DNA of 45,110 bases, from sequence record SRR31156797_922, one strand, 5' to 3'. The notes beneath the pieces were generated by a model. That model did no database searches. It had not been told where the DNA came from and saw only the letters and a list, made by a program, of their open reading frames with translations. This document shows positions 19,607 to 29,806 of this stretch, piece by piece (position 1 is the stretch's first letter; each line of letters starts with the position of its first letter). A program made the translations under genes and the position numbers.

Positions 19607-20521
19607 GTGAAAAAGAAGATAGTATCCTATATGCAGCTATCTATGGGTATGATGCTTGCGGGAAGTTCAGTAATATGGGGTAAAATATTACTGGAATATA
19701 TGTCAGTGTTTACATCTCAATTTATAAGTTTAATGATAGCCTTAATAACAATAATTCCATTTGTTTGGATTGTGGAAGGTAATCCTTTTAAAAGTAAAAT
19801 AACCAAGAAAGATCTACTTTATCTATTTTTGCAGTCTTTAACAGGAATGTTTTTATTCAGGTTGTTTTTACTAGAGGGATTAAAAAGAACAGGTACTATA
19901 GAAGCAGGAATAATTACTAGTCTTACTCCGCTGGTGCTTTTTGTACTTTCCATAATAATGCTCAAAGAGAAAGCAAAAACTGGAGGAGTAATAGGCACTG
20001 TATTGTGTATTGTTGGTATAATATTTATAAATATCAAAACTGGAGTATCAGAAAACCAAAATAATTCTTTTCTTGGAAATGGTTTAGTATTCTTAGCAAT
20101 TACAGGTGAAGCATTATTCTCTGTGTTTAGGAAAAAGCTATCATTTAAAGATAAGCCTCTAACCAGTACAACCATAATAATTCTTATAAGCACAATATTA
20201 TTTGCACCTCTTGGCATTATTGATATTTCAAATACACCAATTTCAGCTTTTAATTTTAGTACCGTGATTGCCCTGTTGTTTTATGGTATGTTTTGTACAG
20301 TGTTAGCATATATCTGTTGGTTTAGTGGCATTTCAGATGTTAAAGCAAGCGTTGCAGCAGGATTTGCTGTATTTATGCCTATAACATCAATAACCCTTTC
20401 TGTAATTATGCTTAATGAACAATTGCTTCCTAAGCATATAATAGGAGCAATAATTGCGCTAATAGGTATAATGATGATTACGGATGTAATTACTATAAGA
20501 AACATTAGTAAAAGAGAATGA
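19607..20521 (+). CDS. DMT/EamA family transporter
   Basis: About 10 hydrophobic segments in two EamA repeats (LKEK, LNEQ). Start placed at GTG 19607 behind AAGGAG; the ORF track extends to 19556. Confidence 0.88.
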   Translation: MKKKIVSYMQLSMGMMLAGSSVIWGKILLEYMSVFTSQFISLMIALITIIPFVWIVEGNPFKSKITKKDLLYLFLQSLTGMFLFRLFLLEGLKRTGTIEAGIITSLTPLVLFVLSIIMLKEKAKTGGVIGTVLCIVGIIFINIKTGVSENQNNSFLGNGLVFLAITGEALFSVFRKKLSFKDKPLTSTTIIILISTILFAPLGIIDISNTPISAFNFSTVIALLFYGMFCTVLAYICWFSGISDVKASVAAGFAVFMPITSITLSVIMLNEQLLPKHIIGAIIALIGIMMITDVITIRNISKRE

Positions 20522-20720
20522 ATAGTAAAGATGAATTTGAGTGAAAGCAAATTTACTATGTTGGTGGAATATATGAATCTGAATTTCCTAGGACAGACTA
20601 AAAGAATAATAAAATCCATGAGCTTTGTAGCTATAGGAGAAGGCGTAATCAATCTCAATGAAATCCAGAAGAAAGAGATATTTAATTAAACAGAATTGAT
20701 ATATAGAATATATATACCAA

Positions 20721-21623
20721 TCAAGCATTAGAATCATTAATAAAACAACTGCGGAATTTATTTGGTGTTATATCTTTAAATTGCTTAAATTTTTCAGTAA
20801 AATAACTTGCTGATGAAAAGCCTACAGAAATTGCTACATCAGTAATGCTGGCATTTGTGGTGGCTAGCATATTTTCTGCTTTGGATATTCTGACTAAATT
20901 AACATAGTCGCTAAAGTTTCTATTCATAGCTTTTTTAAAGAATCTGGAAAAATAACTATAGCTCATATTGCAGATAGATGATAAATCCTCAATGCCAATA
21001 GGTTCCGCATAGTGATTATCAACATATTCAAAAACTTTTTCCAAACGCTCAATAACTTCCTGATTCAGACCATTACACAGAGATAAATCCAAACCTTTAT
21101 CATGCCAATTGCGTAAAATCCATAAGAATATTTCTCCTAAGCTAGTACGTATGGCTAATTCAAAACCATACTTTTTATTTTTATTTTCTTCAAGTATATT
21201 TTTTAGCAATTCTGGAATCTGGCTAGAAGATAACTCGTTTTCTTCAAAAACCTTTTGGTGAGTTGAGGTCTTTGTAGTAAAAGGAAGTACATATTTTGCT
21301 TCAAAAATTGTTTGAGAAGTAGTATATAGTAATTCTGGATTAAATTGAATGACAATATATTTATGTCTGCCTTCTCCGCATGATTTGATATAGTGCATCT
21401 CCATAGAGTTGATTACAACCATATCACCTGTTCCGAAAGTATAGCTGCCAGAATCGAGTATAGCAAAAAATCTGCCCTTTAAACAGAATAATATTTCGAT
21501 AAATTCATGATAATGAGCATCTATCATTATCTGCTCTCCATCAACCTGCTGTTCGTGTGTTATGAATGGGTAGTGTATGTCTGTCATTCTAGACAGAATA
21601 TTTTCATAGCGTCCTTCTTGCAT
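20721..21623 (-). CDS. AraC family transcriptional regulator (cupin sensor)
   Basis: 300 aa; HYHEFIEIL cupin motif, C-terminal MSYSYFSRFFK...GFSSASYF double HTH. Confidence 0.94.
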   Translation of the reverse strand: MQEGRYENILSRMTDIHYPFITHEQQVDGEQIMIDAHYHEFIEILFCLKGRFFAILDSGSYTFGTGDMVVINSMEMHYIKSCGEGRHKYIVIQFNPELLYTTSQTIFEAKYVLPFTTKTSTHQKVFEENELSSSQIPELLKNILEENKNKKYGFELAIRTSLGEIFLWILRNWHDKGLDLSLCNGLNQEVIERLEKVFEYVDNHYAEPIGIEDLSSICNMSYSYFSRFFKKAMNRNFSDYVNLVRISKAENMLATTNASITDVAISVGFSSASYFTEKFKQFKDITPNKFRSCFINDSNA

Positions 21624-21747
21624 AATAACCTCAATGACAAATAATTGATATTTTTTAGTTAATTTATTATATCACATTGAACAAAATTTATTTATACTAT
21701 TTTATAAAGAAAGTGTGCGAAATAACAATATGAAGGAGTGAAATAAT

Positions 21748-22824
21748 ATGAGGACAATAAAAGTTGGTATAATCGGATGCGGTGGAATTGCAAATAATAA
21801 GCATTTACCAGCACTAAAAGAACTTGGTTTTGTGAATGTAGTAGCTTTTTGTGATATTGACGAAAAAAAGGCAATGGATAGTGCTGAGAAATTCGGTACT
21901 GATGATGCAAAGATATATACTGATTACAAAGAACTATTACAGGACGAATCATTAGAAGCAGTACATATTTGTACACCAAATAAATCTCATGGCGAGATTT
22001 CGATAGCTGCGATGAAAAGCGACAAGCATGTAATGTGTGAAAAACCAATGGCAAAAACATCAGCAGATGCTAAAGCAATGGTTAAAACAGCTAAGGAAAC
22101 TGGGAAAATACTAACAATTGGCTATCAAAACAGATATCGTCCAGACAGTATTTATCTAAACAGAGCATGTAAAAGAGGTGACTTAGGAGAAATCTATTTT
22201 GCAAAAGCTCATGCAATCAGAAGACGTGCTGTTCCAAACTGGGGTGTATTCTTAAATGAAGAAGAACAAGGCGGCGGTCCTTTGATAGACATTGGAACTC
22301 ATGCATTGGATTTGACATTGTGGATGATGGATAATTATGATGTTGCTTCGGTAAAAGGAAATGTTTATAGGAAATTAGCAGACCAAACCGAAACAGGCAA
22401 CGCATGGGGTGACTGGAATCCTAGTGAATACACAGTTGAAGATTCAGCATTTGCATTTATTACTATGAAAGATGGTGCAACTGTTATTCTAGAGTCAAGC
22501 TGGGCACTTAATTCACTGGATGTTGGCGAAGCAAAGACAACTCTATGCGGAACAAAAGCTGGTGCAGATATGAACGATGGTTTGCGTATAAATATGGTGG
22601 ACTTTAATAAGCAGTCCGTTTTGAAGCCGGGACTTGATGCTAGTGGAGTTGCATTCTATGATGGATCAGCTGATAAGCCGGAAGTATTAGAAGCAAAGGC
22701 TTTTTACGATGCTATTATTGATGGTACAGAGCTAGTGGTTAAGCCTGAGCAGGCATTAGTGGTAACAGAAATTTTGGAAGCAGTTTATGAATCAGCAAAA
22801 ACTGGCAAAACTATTGAGTTTTAA
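21748..22824 (+). CDS. Gfo/Idh/MocA oxidoreductase, YcjS-like glucoside 3-dehydrogenase
   Basis: 358 aa; GCGGIA, CEKP, RRRAVPNWGVF..EEQGGGPLIDIGTH, resembling E. coli YcjS (from recall). Confidence 0.85.
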   Translation: MRTIKVGIIGCGGIANNKHLPALKELGFVNVVAFCDIDEKKAMDSAEKFGTDDAKIYTDYKELLQDESLEAVHICTPNKSHGEISIAAMKSDKHVMCEKPMAKTSADAKAMVKTAKETGKILTIGYQNRYRPDSIYLNRACKRGDLGEIYFAKAHAIRRRAVPNWGVFLNEEEQGGGPLIDIGTHALDLTLWMMDNYDVASVKGNVYRKLADQTETGNAWGDWNPSEYTVEDSAFAFITMKDGATVILESSWALNSLDVGEAKTTLCGTKAGADMNDGLRINMVDFNKQSVLKPGLDASGVAFYDGSADKPEVLEAKAFYDAIIDGTELVVKPEQALVVTEILEAVYESAKTGKTIEF

Positions 22825-22843
22825 TGAAATGGGGGAGTTAAAG

Positions 22844-23563
22844 ATGAATAATATATATGCTCAAATGTACTCTGTGCGAGGAAACTGTGAAGAGAACTTT
22901 GTACAAGCATTAAGAGAAATTGCTGAGATTGGATACGCAGGTGTAGAGTTTGCAGGATATTATGGTATAAAAGCCAAAGAATTAAAATTGTTGTTAGATG
23001 AATTGGGGCTGGATGCTATTTCTGCACATATACAAATTGATTTATTGGAAAACGAGCTGGATAGGCAGATAGAAATCTTGAAGATTTTAGAAGCAAAATT
23101 TATTGTCTGCCCTTATACAAATACAACAACTGTTGAAGAGGCAAAAGATTTAGCAAAAGTTTTAAATAAAATTGGTAAAAAGACTTATGAAGAAGGATTA
23201 ACATTGCTGTATCATAATCACGCACATGAATTAGAATTGGATAATGGTAATTATCCATTGGAAGTATTGTTTGAAAATGTTAATCAAAAGTATATTAAGC
23301 AGCAGCCTGATGTGTATTGGATAAAATATGCAGGTCTTAATCCAATTGATTATGTTGCAAAACATGCTGACAGAATTCCTGCTGTTCACTTAAAGCAGAT
23401 GCTGGATATGGAAAGCAAGAAAAATGTAGATGCTGGCAGTGGTATAATTGATTTTAAAAAAATCATGAATATACTCCCTAATGCCTATTGTATCTATGAA
23501 CAGGAATATAGCGAAGGCAATATTATTAAGGATATGAAGAAATCGTTAGAATCAATAAAATAG
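22844..23563 (+). CDS. Sugar phosphate isomerase/epimerase (xylose isomerase-like TIM barrel), candidate 3-ketoglycoside eliminase
   Basis: GYAGVEFAG, YHNHAHE, DVYW, HLKQ, YEQE motifs. Start placed at ATG 22844 behind GGGGGAG. Confidence 0.85.
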   Translation: MNNIYAQMYSVRGNCEENFVQALREIAEIGYAGVEFAGYYGIKAKELKLLLDELGLDAISAHIQIDLLENELDRQIEILKILEAKFIVCPYTNTTTVEEAKDLAKVLNKIGKKTYEEGLTLLYHNHAHELELDNGNYPLEVLFENVNQKYIKQQPDVYWIKYAGLNPIDYVAKHADRIPAVHLKQMLDMESKKNVDAGSGIIDFKKIMNILPNAYCIYEQEYSEGNIIKDMKKSLESIK

Positions 23564-23574
23564 GAGAAAATGAA

Positions 23575-24540
23575 ATGAAATTATGTGTGTTAACAGTTCC
23601 GTATAACGGACTTACATTAGAAGAAACATTAAAAAAACTAAGTGCAATGGGTGTTCAGTCAGTTGAATTAGGGGCAGGCGGATATCCTGGTAAAGCTCAT
23701 CTTGATGTTGAAGCTATGCTGCAAGATGACAGCAAAGTTGACGACGTTAAGCAATTACTGAATAAGTACAATATAGAGATTGGTGCAATAGCGTGCCATG
23801 GAAATCCTGTTCATCCGAATAAGAAAATTGCAAAGGATTATCACAATCAGTTTATATCAGCAGTGTTATTGGCAGAGAAATTAAACGTTGATACTGTTGT
23901 TACATTCTCTGGTTGTCCTGGTGACAGTGAGGCAAGTAAGCTTCCTAACTGGGTAACATGCTCTTGGCCGGAAGATTACAGAGAAGTACTTGAATATCAG
24001 TGGAATGAAGTTCTTATTCCTTATTGGAAGGAAACGGCAGCATTTGCAAAAGAACATGGTGTAAATAAAATAGCTCTTGAAATGCACCCAGGATTTTGTG
24101 TATATAATCCCAGCTCATTGCTTCGTCTGCGTGAAGCAGTGGGGGATGGTATAGGGGCAAATTTCGACCCTAGTCATTTATTCTGGCAAGGTATTAACCC
24201 TGTGGAGGCAATTAAAGTATTAAAAGGTGCAATTTATCACTTCCATGCAAAAGATACTAATATAGATAAGCACAATACTAGTGTAAACGGCGTACTTGAC
24301 CAAGGTCATTATGGTGATTTGCTCAATCGTTCGTGGATTTTTAGGACTGTTGGGTATGGTCACTCATTAGATGTATGGAATGACATATTAAGTACACTAA
24401 AAAAAGTTGGTTACGACAGTTATATCAGCATAGAACACGAAGATGCATTAATGTCAATCGATGAGGGATTAGGAAAGGCTGTAGAATTCCTGAAACAGAC
24501 TATAATATTTGAACAACCAAGTGAAATGTGGTGGGCATAA
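23575..24540 (+). CDS. Sugar phosphate isomerase/epimerase family (YfiH-like), candidate ketoglucal hydratase
   Basis: 321 aa; VELGAGGYPG, CHGNPVHP, ALEMHPG, ANFDPSH, HFHAKD, SIEHED, C-terminal MWWA. Confidence 0.85.
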   Translation: MKLCVLTVPYNGLTLEETLKKLSAMGVQSVELGAGGYPGKAHLDVEAMLQDDSKVDDVKQLLNKYNIEIGAIACHGNPVHPNKKIAKDYHNQFISAVLLAEKLNVDTVVTFSGCPGDSEASKLPNWVTCSWPEDYREVLEYQWNEVLIPYWKETAAFAKEHGVNKIALEMHPGFCVYNPSSLLRLREAVGDGIGANFDPSHLFWQGINPVEAIKVLKGAIYHFHAKDTNIDKHNTSVNGVLDQGHYGDLLNRSWIFRTVGYGHSLDVWNDILSTLKKVGYDSYISIEHEDALMSIDEGLGKAVEFLKQTIIFEQPSEMWWA

Positions 24541-24554
24541 ACAAGGAGGCAGCA

Positions 24555-25610
24555 ATGCTCAAGATGGGTATAATTGGATTTGGGGGCATGGCATCATATC
24601 ATGCAAAGCAGTTAGAAGATTACGATAGAATAAAAGTAACAGCTGTTTATGATGTAAACCCTGAACGGATGGTATATGCAAAAGAAAAAAAATATAAAGC
24701 ATATAAGTCAGTAGAAGAAATTTTGGACGATCAATCACTAGATGCAATATTAATTGGTACTACAAATGAAGTACATAAAGAACTTTCAATTAATGCAATG
24801 CGTGCAGGGAAACATGTAATCTGTGAAAAGCCCGTTACGTTAACTTCTGATGATCTTGAAGAGATAATTGAAGCAGAGAAAGAAACTGGTAAGATATTTA
24901 CAATAAATCAAAACAGAAGAACTAACAAGGACTTTGTTTTAATGAAAAATAAAGTGGAAGAGGGATTGCTTGGTGATGTATATGTAATCGAATCTCGAGT
25001 AGAAGGCTCAAGGGGCATGCCTAGAGGCTGGCGTACAATAAAGGAGCTTGGCGGCGGTATGATGCTGGACTGGGGAGTACATTTGATTGATCAATTGTTG
25101 TATATGATAGGTGAGAAAGTAGCAAGTGTTTATTGCAAAATGTATTCTGTTGAAGTTTCAGAAGTTGATGATAATTTCAGGCTTACAATAGTATTTGAAA
25201 GTGGATTAACTGCACATATTGAGGTTAGTACTAATAATTATATTACTCATCCAAGATGGTATGTTCTAGGTACGGATGGCACATTGCAAATAGATAATTG
25301 GAACTGTGATGGTAGAATTGTTAGATGCAATAATAAGGAAATAAAATGGGAAGATGAAATAGTATATACGAAGGCTGGACCTACAAAAACGATGGCACCT
25401 AGACGACCCGAATTAACTGAGGAGATAATAATATCTGAACCTATGGATGTAGTTGATAGTATTACTGTAGTTTATGATCAGTTTATCGATGCCATTGAAG
25501 GAAAGAAGGCTCTGAATATAACTTCAAAACAGGCCTTGCGTGTAATGAAAGTTATGGAGGCAGCATTTGAATCCAATGAATATTCCAGAGCAGTGAATAC
25601 AAAAATATAG
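24555..25610 (+). CDS. Gfo/Idh/MocA oxidoreductase
   Basis: GFGGMA, CEKP, QNRR, GGGMMLDWGVH. Start placed at ATG 24555 behind AAGGAGG. Confidence 0.9.
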   Translation: MLKMGIIGFGGMASYHAKQLEDYDRIKVTAVYDVNPERMVYAKEKKYKAYKSVEEILDDQSLDAILIGTTNEVHKELSINAMRAGKHVICEKPVTLTSDDLEEIIEAEKETGKIFTINQNRRTNKDFVLMKNKVEEGLLGDVYVIESRVEGSRGMPRGWRTIKELGGGMMLDWGVHLIDQLLYMIGEKVASVYCKMYSVEVSEVDDNFRLTIVFESGLTAHIEVSTNNYITHPRWYVLGTDGTLQIDNWNCDGRIVRCNNKEIKWEDEIVYTKAGPTKTMAPRRPELTEEIIISEPMDVVDSITVVYDQFIDAIEGKKALNITSKQALRVMKVMEAAFESNEYSRAVNTKI

Positions 25611-25655
25611 TACCATTTGAGAGTAATTTGGCTCAAACAAATTAATTAAGTTTAT

Positions 25656-25682
25656 ACAGGCACTTTGGGTGTCTGTTTTTTT
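25656..25682 (+). terminator. Rho-independent terminator
   Basis: ACAGGCAC-tttgg-GTGTCTGT followed by a T run, after the oxidoreductase operon. Confidence 0.75.
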
Positions 25683-25938
25683 GTGTAAAGCTTGTAATTT
25701 CGCTGTTTTTGCAAATAATAATTATATATTAACTGCTGAAAAATCAAGGAAATATTAAATTTCATATTTCCTTTTCCAATAGTTTGGTGCAATTGACATT
25801 TTGCTGTTTCAGTTCTTAATTCAATCTTTCCATTTAAGCCAAGATATCGCAAATATGTGTATCTGCTGAGCAAATATGGAATTATTCAAATGCAAATAGT
25901 CATTACTAACAAATATAGGTTAATGATTTTGACGAATA

Positions 25939-26005
25939 TTCCAAAGAATTTACCCCCTGTTCCAAAGATAAAATGTTGTTTGGGAATTTGATAGTTTGTT
26001 AAAAT
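25939..26005 (+). promoter_or_regulatory. mgl-like operon promoter with tandem activator sites
   Basis: TTCCAAAGA direct repeats at 25939-25947 and 25960-25968 (21-bp period), weak -35 TTGTTT (25976-25981), extended -10 TGtTAAAAT (25997-26005). Confidence 0.55.
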
Positions 26006-26035
26006 GTATTTATAAAATATGAAGGAGGATTTCTG

Positions 26036-27151
26036 ATGGTAAAAAAACTATTAATCGTTTTTTTGTGTATGTTGATGGTGATTGGTACACTGGCAGCTTG
26101 TAGCAATAGTGCAGAAACAGAAACTGCTGATGAACCAACAACTGAAAGTGAAGCAACTGAGGAGACTAAAAAGGAGACTGAGGAGCTGCCAATACTAGGT
26201 TCAGGTATTTACGCTGCAACTGATAACTTCAATACTTTTATTGGCAAAGGCATTACGAGTGCTTGCACAGATCTTTATGAGACAAGTGTTCAGGATGGAC
26301 AGAATGATCAGTCTACGCAAATGAACCAGATTGATACAATGCTTGCTAAGGGGGCAGTTGGTGTAGCTATTTCTGTAGTTGATCTTACTGCAGCTCCAAA
26401 TATCATTCAGAAGTGTAAGGACGCAGGGGATGTGCCAATTGTGTTCTTTAACAAAGAACTTACAGACCAGAGTGTAATCGATTCCTACGATAAACTATAC
26501 ATGGTTACCTCAACTGGCGGCGGCTATGGTGCAGAAATCGAAGGTCAAATGGTAGCAGATTATTGGAACGCAAATCCCGATACGGATAAAAATGGTGACG
26601 GCAAATTGCAAGTTATCGTAATTATGGGCTCTTTAGAGCATCCAGCAGCTCAGCCAAGAGCAGACTACGCATTACAAGCTCTGACAGATAACGGAATTGA
26701 ATATGAAATCTTAGAGCAGGATACTGCTAACTGGGATACTGCACAAGCAAAAGAAAAAATGGACGCCTGGGTATCAAAACATGGTGATGCTATTGAATGT
26801 GTTATCGCAGCTAACGATGCTGAAGCATTAGGTGCTCTTCAAGCTGTAGAGAGCGTAGGATTCAATACAAATGGCTTTGATAGTGAAAAATACATACCTA
26901 TTATCGGTATTGATGCACTGCCAGAAGTACTTGATAAGATTGAAAGCGGTGAAATGATTGGTTCAGTCTTACAGGATGCTAATACACAAGGTGAGATAAT
27001 TGTAAAGATTATTGACAATCTTGTTAACGGCAAAGAGGTTACAGAAGGTATTGACTATGAGCTAGAGATGCCTAAAAAAGTATTCCGCGTACCTTATGCA
27101 GCTATTACCCTAGATAATCTTGATGAAGCTAAAGCAAATTATGAAGAGTAA
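26036..27151 (+). CDS. mglB: Galactose/glucose-type ABC substrate-binding lipoprotein (MglB-like)
   Basis: 371 aa; lipobox LAAC, DGQNDQSTQ, PIVFFN, Ca-binding-like DKNGDGKLQ, ANWD, ANDAEALGA, GIDALPE. Confidence 0.85.
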   Translation: MVKKLLIVFLCMLMVIGTLAACSNSAETETADEPTTESEATEETKKETEELPILGSGIYAATDNFNTFIGKGITSACTDLYETSVQDGQNDQSTQMNQIDTMLAKGAVGVAISVVDLTAAPNIIQKCKDAGDVPIVFFNKELTDQSVIDSYDKLYMVTSTGGGYGAEIEGQMVADYWNANPDTDKNGDGKLQVIVIMGSLEHPAAQPRADYALQALTDNGIEYEILEQDTANWDTAQAKEKMDAWVSKHGDAIECVIAANDAEALGALQAVESVGFNTNGFDSEKYIPIIGIDALPEVLDKIESGEMIGSVLQDANTQGEIIVKIIDNLVNGKEVTEGIDYELEMPKKVFRVPYAAITLDNLDEAKANYEE

Positions 27152-27194
27152 TAAGTATAATTAATACAGCTTGAAATAAGTTGTGTATGCGAGG

Positions 27195-27230
27195 AAGAAG
27201 GATATTTTAAATACAATATCCTTCTTTATT
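27195..27230 (+). terminator. Intra-operon stem-loop after the SBP gene
   Basis: AAGAAGGATATT-N8-AATATCCTTCTT, perfect 12-bp stem. Confidence 0.55.
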
Positions 27231-27252
27231 AAAAATTATTCGAGGGGTTATT

Positions 27253-28746
27253 ATGGGAATTGAAAACATACTTAAGATGCAGAATATATCTAAGTCCTTT
27301 CCGGGGGTAAAAGCTCTTGATGATGTTAGTCTTTCAGTGAGAAGAGGATCAATTCACTCATTGATGGGAGAGAATGGAGCTGGCAAATCCACGTTAATGA
27401 AATGTCTTTTTGGTATTTATTCTTTGGATAATGGAGAGATAACCATTGACGGAAAGACAGTTAAATTCGCAAATCCTGCAGAAGCATTGCATAACCATGT
27501 GGCAATGGTACATCAGGAGCTAAACCAAGTACTAGACAGAAGTGTAATGGAAAACATCTGGCTTGGTCGTTATCCGATGCAGGGGATAATGGTTGATGAA
27601 AAGAAAATGTACAAGGATACAAAAGCTATTTTAAAAGAGCTGGAAATCAATGTTGATCCTCGTACTAAACTAGGTACGCTGACAGTGCCAATACGACAAA
27701 TGGTTGAGATAGCAAAAGCCGTTTCATATAATGCAAAGGTTATTGTTATGGACGAACCGACCTCGTCGCTGACAGATAATGAAGTAGAGCATCTTTTTAG
27801 AATTATAAACAAATTAAAGCAAGACGGAACTAGTATTATCTATATATCACACAGGATGGAAGAAATCCTTAGAATATCAGATGAGGTTTCTGTGCTGCGT
27901 GATGGTAAACATATTGGTACAAAAGTAGCATCTGAACTGGATACAGACAATATTATCAAAATGATGGTTGGCAGAGAGCTAAAAGAAAGATATCCAAAGA
28001 GAGATGTATCACTGGGGGAAACAGTGCTTGAAGTTGAGAATATCGATACTTCAATACCAATGTTTAATGATATTAAATTCGATTTGCATCGTGGTGAAAT
28101 ATTGGGAATAGCTGGCCTTGTTGGTTCTAAGCGAACTGAACTGATGGAGACTTTATTTGGATTACGAGAAAAAGGTAATGGGAAAATCAAGCTTAATGGA
28201 CAGGAAATTCACAACAAAACACCAATGAAATCAATAAAAAATGGGTTTGCAATGGTTACAGAAGAAAGAAGGGCAGACGGTATTTTTGCTGAATTAAGTG
28301 TTTCCTCTAATATGATAATTTCAAATCTAAATAATTATCTAGTAAATGGTGTATTGCGCAACAGAAAGATTAATAAGGCAGTTAATGATACTATAGGAAA
28401 ACTCAATATAAAGCTATCATCACCAAAAGCAAGTATAGGTAATCTTTCAGGAGGAAATCAACAGAAGGTTATTCTTGGCAGGTGGCTGCTGTCAAACCCT
28501 CAAATATTTTTATTTGATGAACCGACTCGCGGCATAGATGTTGGTGCAAAATATGAGATATACCAGTTGATGAACAATCTGGTTGCAAGCGGAAAGAGTA
28601 TAATCATGATAAGCTCAGAGATGCCAGAACTATTAGGTACATGTGATCGAGTCTTGGTTATGAGTAACGGACATCAGACTGGAATATTTGATGCAAAAAC
28701 TGTTACACAGGAGCAAATAATGAAGGCATCAGCAATGTATGTCTAA
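27253..28746 (+). CDS. mglA: Galactose/methyl-galactoside ABC ATPase (MglA-like)
   Basis: 497 aa; GENGAGKSTLMKCLFGIY, MVHQEL, YISHRM, TEERR, LSGGNQQK all canonical. Confidence 0.9.
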   Translation: MGIENILKMQNISKSFPGVKALDDVSLSVRRGSIHSLMGENGAGKSTLMKCLFGIYSLDNGEITIDGKTVKFANPAEALHNHVAMVHQELNQVLDRSVMENIWLGRYPMQGIMVDEKKMYKDTKAILKELEINVDPRTKLGTLTVPIRQMVEIAKAVSYNAKVIVMDEPTSSLTDNEVEHLFRIINKLKQDGTSIIYISHRMEEILRISDEVSVLRDGKHIGTKVASELDTDNIIKMMVGRELKERYPKRDVSLGETVLEVENIDTSIPMFNDIKFDLHRGEILGIAGLVGSKRTELMETLFGLREKGNGKIKLNGQEIHNKTPMKSIKNGFAMVTEERRADGIFAELSVSSNMIISNLNNYLVNGVLRNRKINKAVNDTIGKLNIKLSSPKASIGNLSGGNQQKVILGRWLLSNPQIFLFDEPTRGIDVGAKYEIYQLMNNLVASGKSIIMISSEMPELLGTCDRVLVMSNGHQTGIFDAKTVTQEQIMKASAMYV

Positions 28747-28759
28747 CGGGGAGGAAAAT

Positions 28760-29782
28760 ATGAAGAATATTTTTAAAAATGAAAAAACAATTAAACAAAT
28801 TATATCAGACAATATTATATATATTGTTTTATTGGTGCTTATTGCTGTTGTAATAATTATCGAGCCAAGATTTCTTTCTTTTATGAACTTAAAGAATATT
28901 CTCGCTCAGTCATCAACGAAGATAATTATTGCACTTGCGGCAGGTATGGTGCTTATTGTAAGAGGCGTTGACCTCTCAACAGGTAGAATGATAGGTCTTT
29001 CTGCAGTTATATTCGGATCTCTAATGCAGCAGGTAACTTATGGATTCCGTATGTATCCAAATTTGCCCGAACTACCAGTTATTGTACCGCTATTAATTAT
29101 TGGAATAATGTGTGCAATATTAGGTGCAATTATGGGTTCAACTATTGCATATTTGAAAGTACCATCAATTATTGCGACATTGGCAATGCAGCTTGTATTG
29201 TTCGGTGCAGCTTCAATATACTATGACAGACCGCCATATGGTGCTCAGCCAATAGGTGGTATTGATGAAAGAGTTATTAGTATTGGTACAGGAAGCATCA
29301 AATTATTCAATATACAAATACCCTACCTTATCATAATTGCAGCAGTGGTGTGTGCAATAATATGGTTTGTTTGGAACAAAACAAAGTTTGGTAAATATAT
29401 GTTTGCAATAGGTGGTAACCCAGAAGCAGCTAGAGTATCTGGTGTAAATGTGGAAGTAACACAAATTATCGTATTTATGGTTGCTGGGGTATTATATGCA
29501 TTAGCTGCATCACTAGAGGTTGGAAGAATCGGCAGTGCGTCTAATACAACAGGTACTGCATACGAAATGGATGCTATTGCAGCATGTGTTATTGGCGGTA
29601 TTTCTCTATCAGGCGGTATAGGAAGCGTTGGCGGAATAATTGCTGGTGTATTGATATTTACAGTTATAAACTATGGACTTGCATTTATCGGCGTTAATAT
29701 GTATTGGCAGTATATCGTAAAGGGATTAATAATTGCTTTTGCAGTAATTCTGGATATGCGTAAGTACGCTAAGAGCAAGTAA
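28760..29782 (+). CDS. mglC: Galactoside ABC permease (MglC-like)
   Basis: GVDLSTGR, FAIGGNPEAARVSGVN, DAIAACVIGG, YWQYIVKG. Start placed at ATG 28760 behind GGAGG. Confidence 0.9.
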   Translation: MKNIFKNEKTIKQIISDNIIYIVLLVLIAVVIIIEPRFLSFMNLKNILAQSSTKIIIALAAGMVLIVRGVDLSTGRMIGLSAVIFGSLMQQVTYGFRMYPNLPELPVIVPLLIIGIMCAILGAIMGSTIAYLKVPSIIATLAMQLVLFGAASIYYDRPPYGAQPIGGIDERVISIGTGSIKLFNIQIPYLIIIAAVVCAIIWFVWNKTKFGKYMFAIGGNPEAARVSGVNVEVTQIIVFMVAGVLYALAASLEVGRIGSASNTTGTAYEMDAIAACVIGGISLSGGIGSVGGIIAGVLIFTVINYGLAFIGVNMYWQYIVKGLIIAFAVILDMRKYAKSK

Positions 29783-29806
29783 ATATTAGTTAGGAGGAAG
29801 TAAATA

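Noticed and set aside
25652-25873. 73-aa minus-strand ORF in an intergenic region
   Set aside because: No RBS or motif; it overlaps a plus-strand terminator.
26111-26185. Repetitive GAA/ACT-rich stretch
   Set aside because: An ordinary low-complexity E/T linker after a lipobox, not a DNA repeat element.
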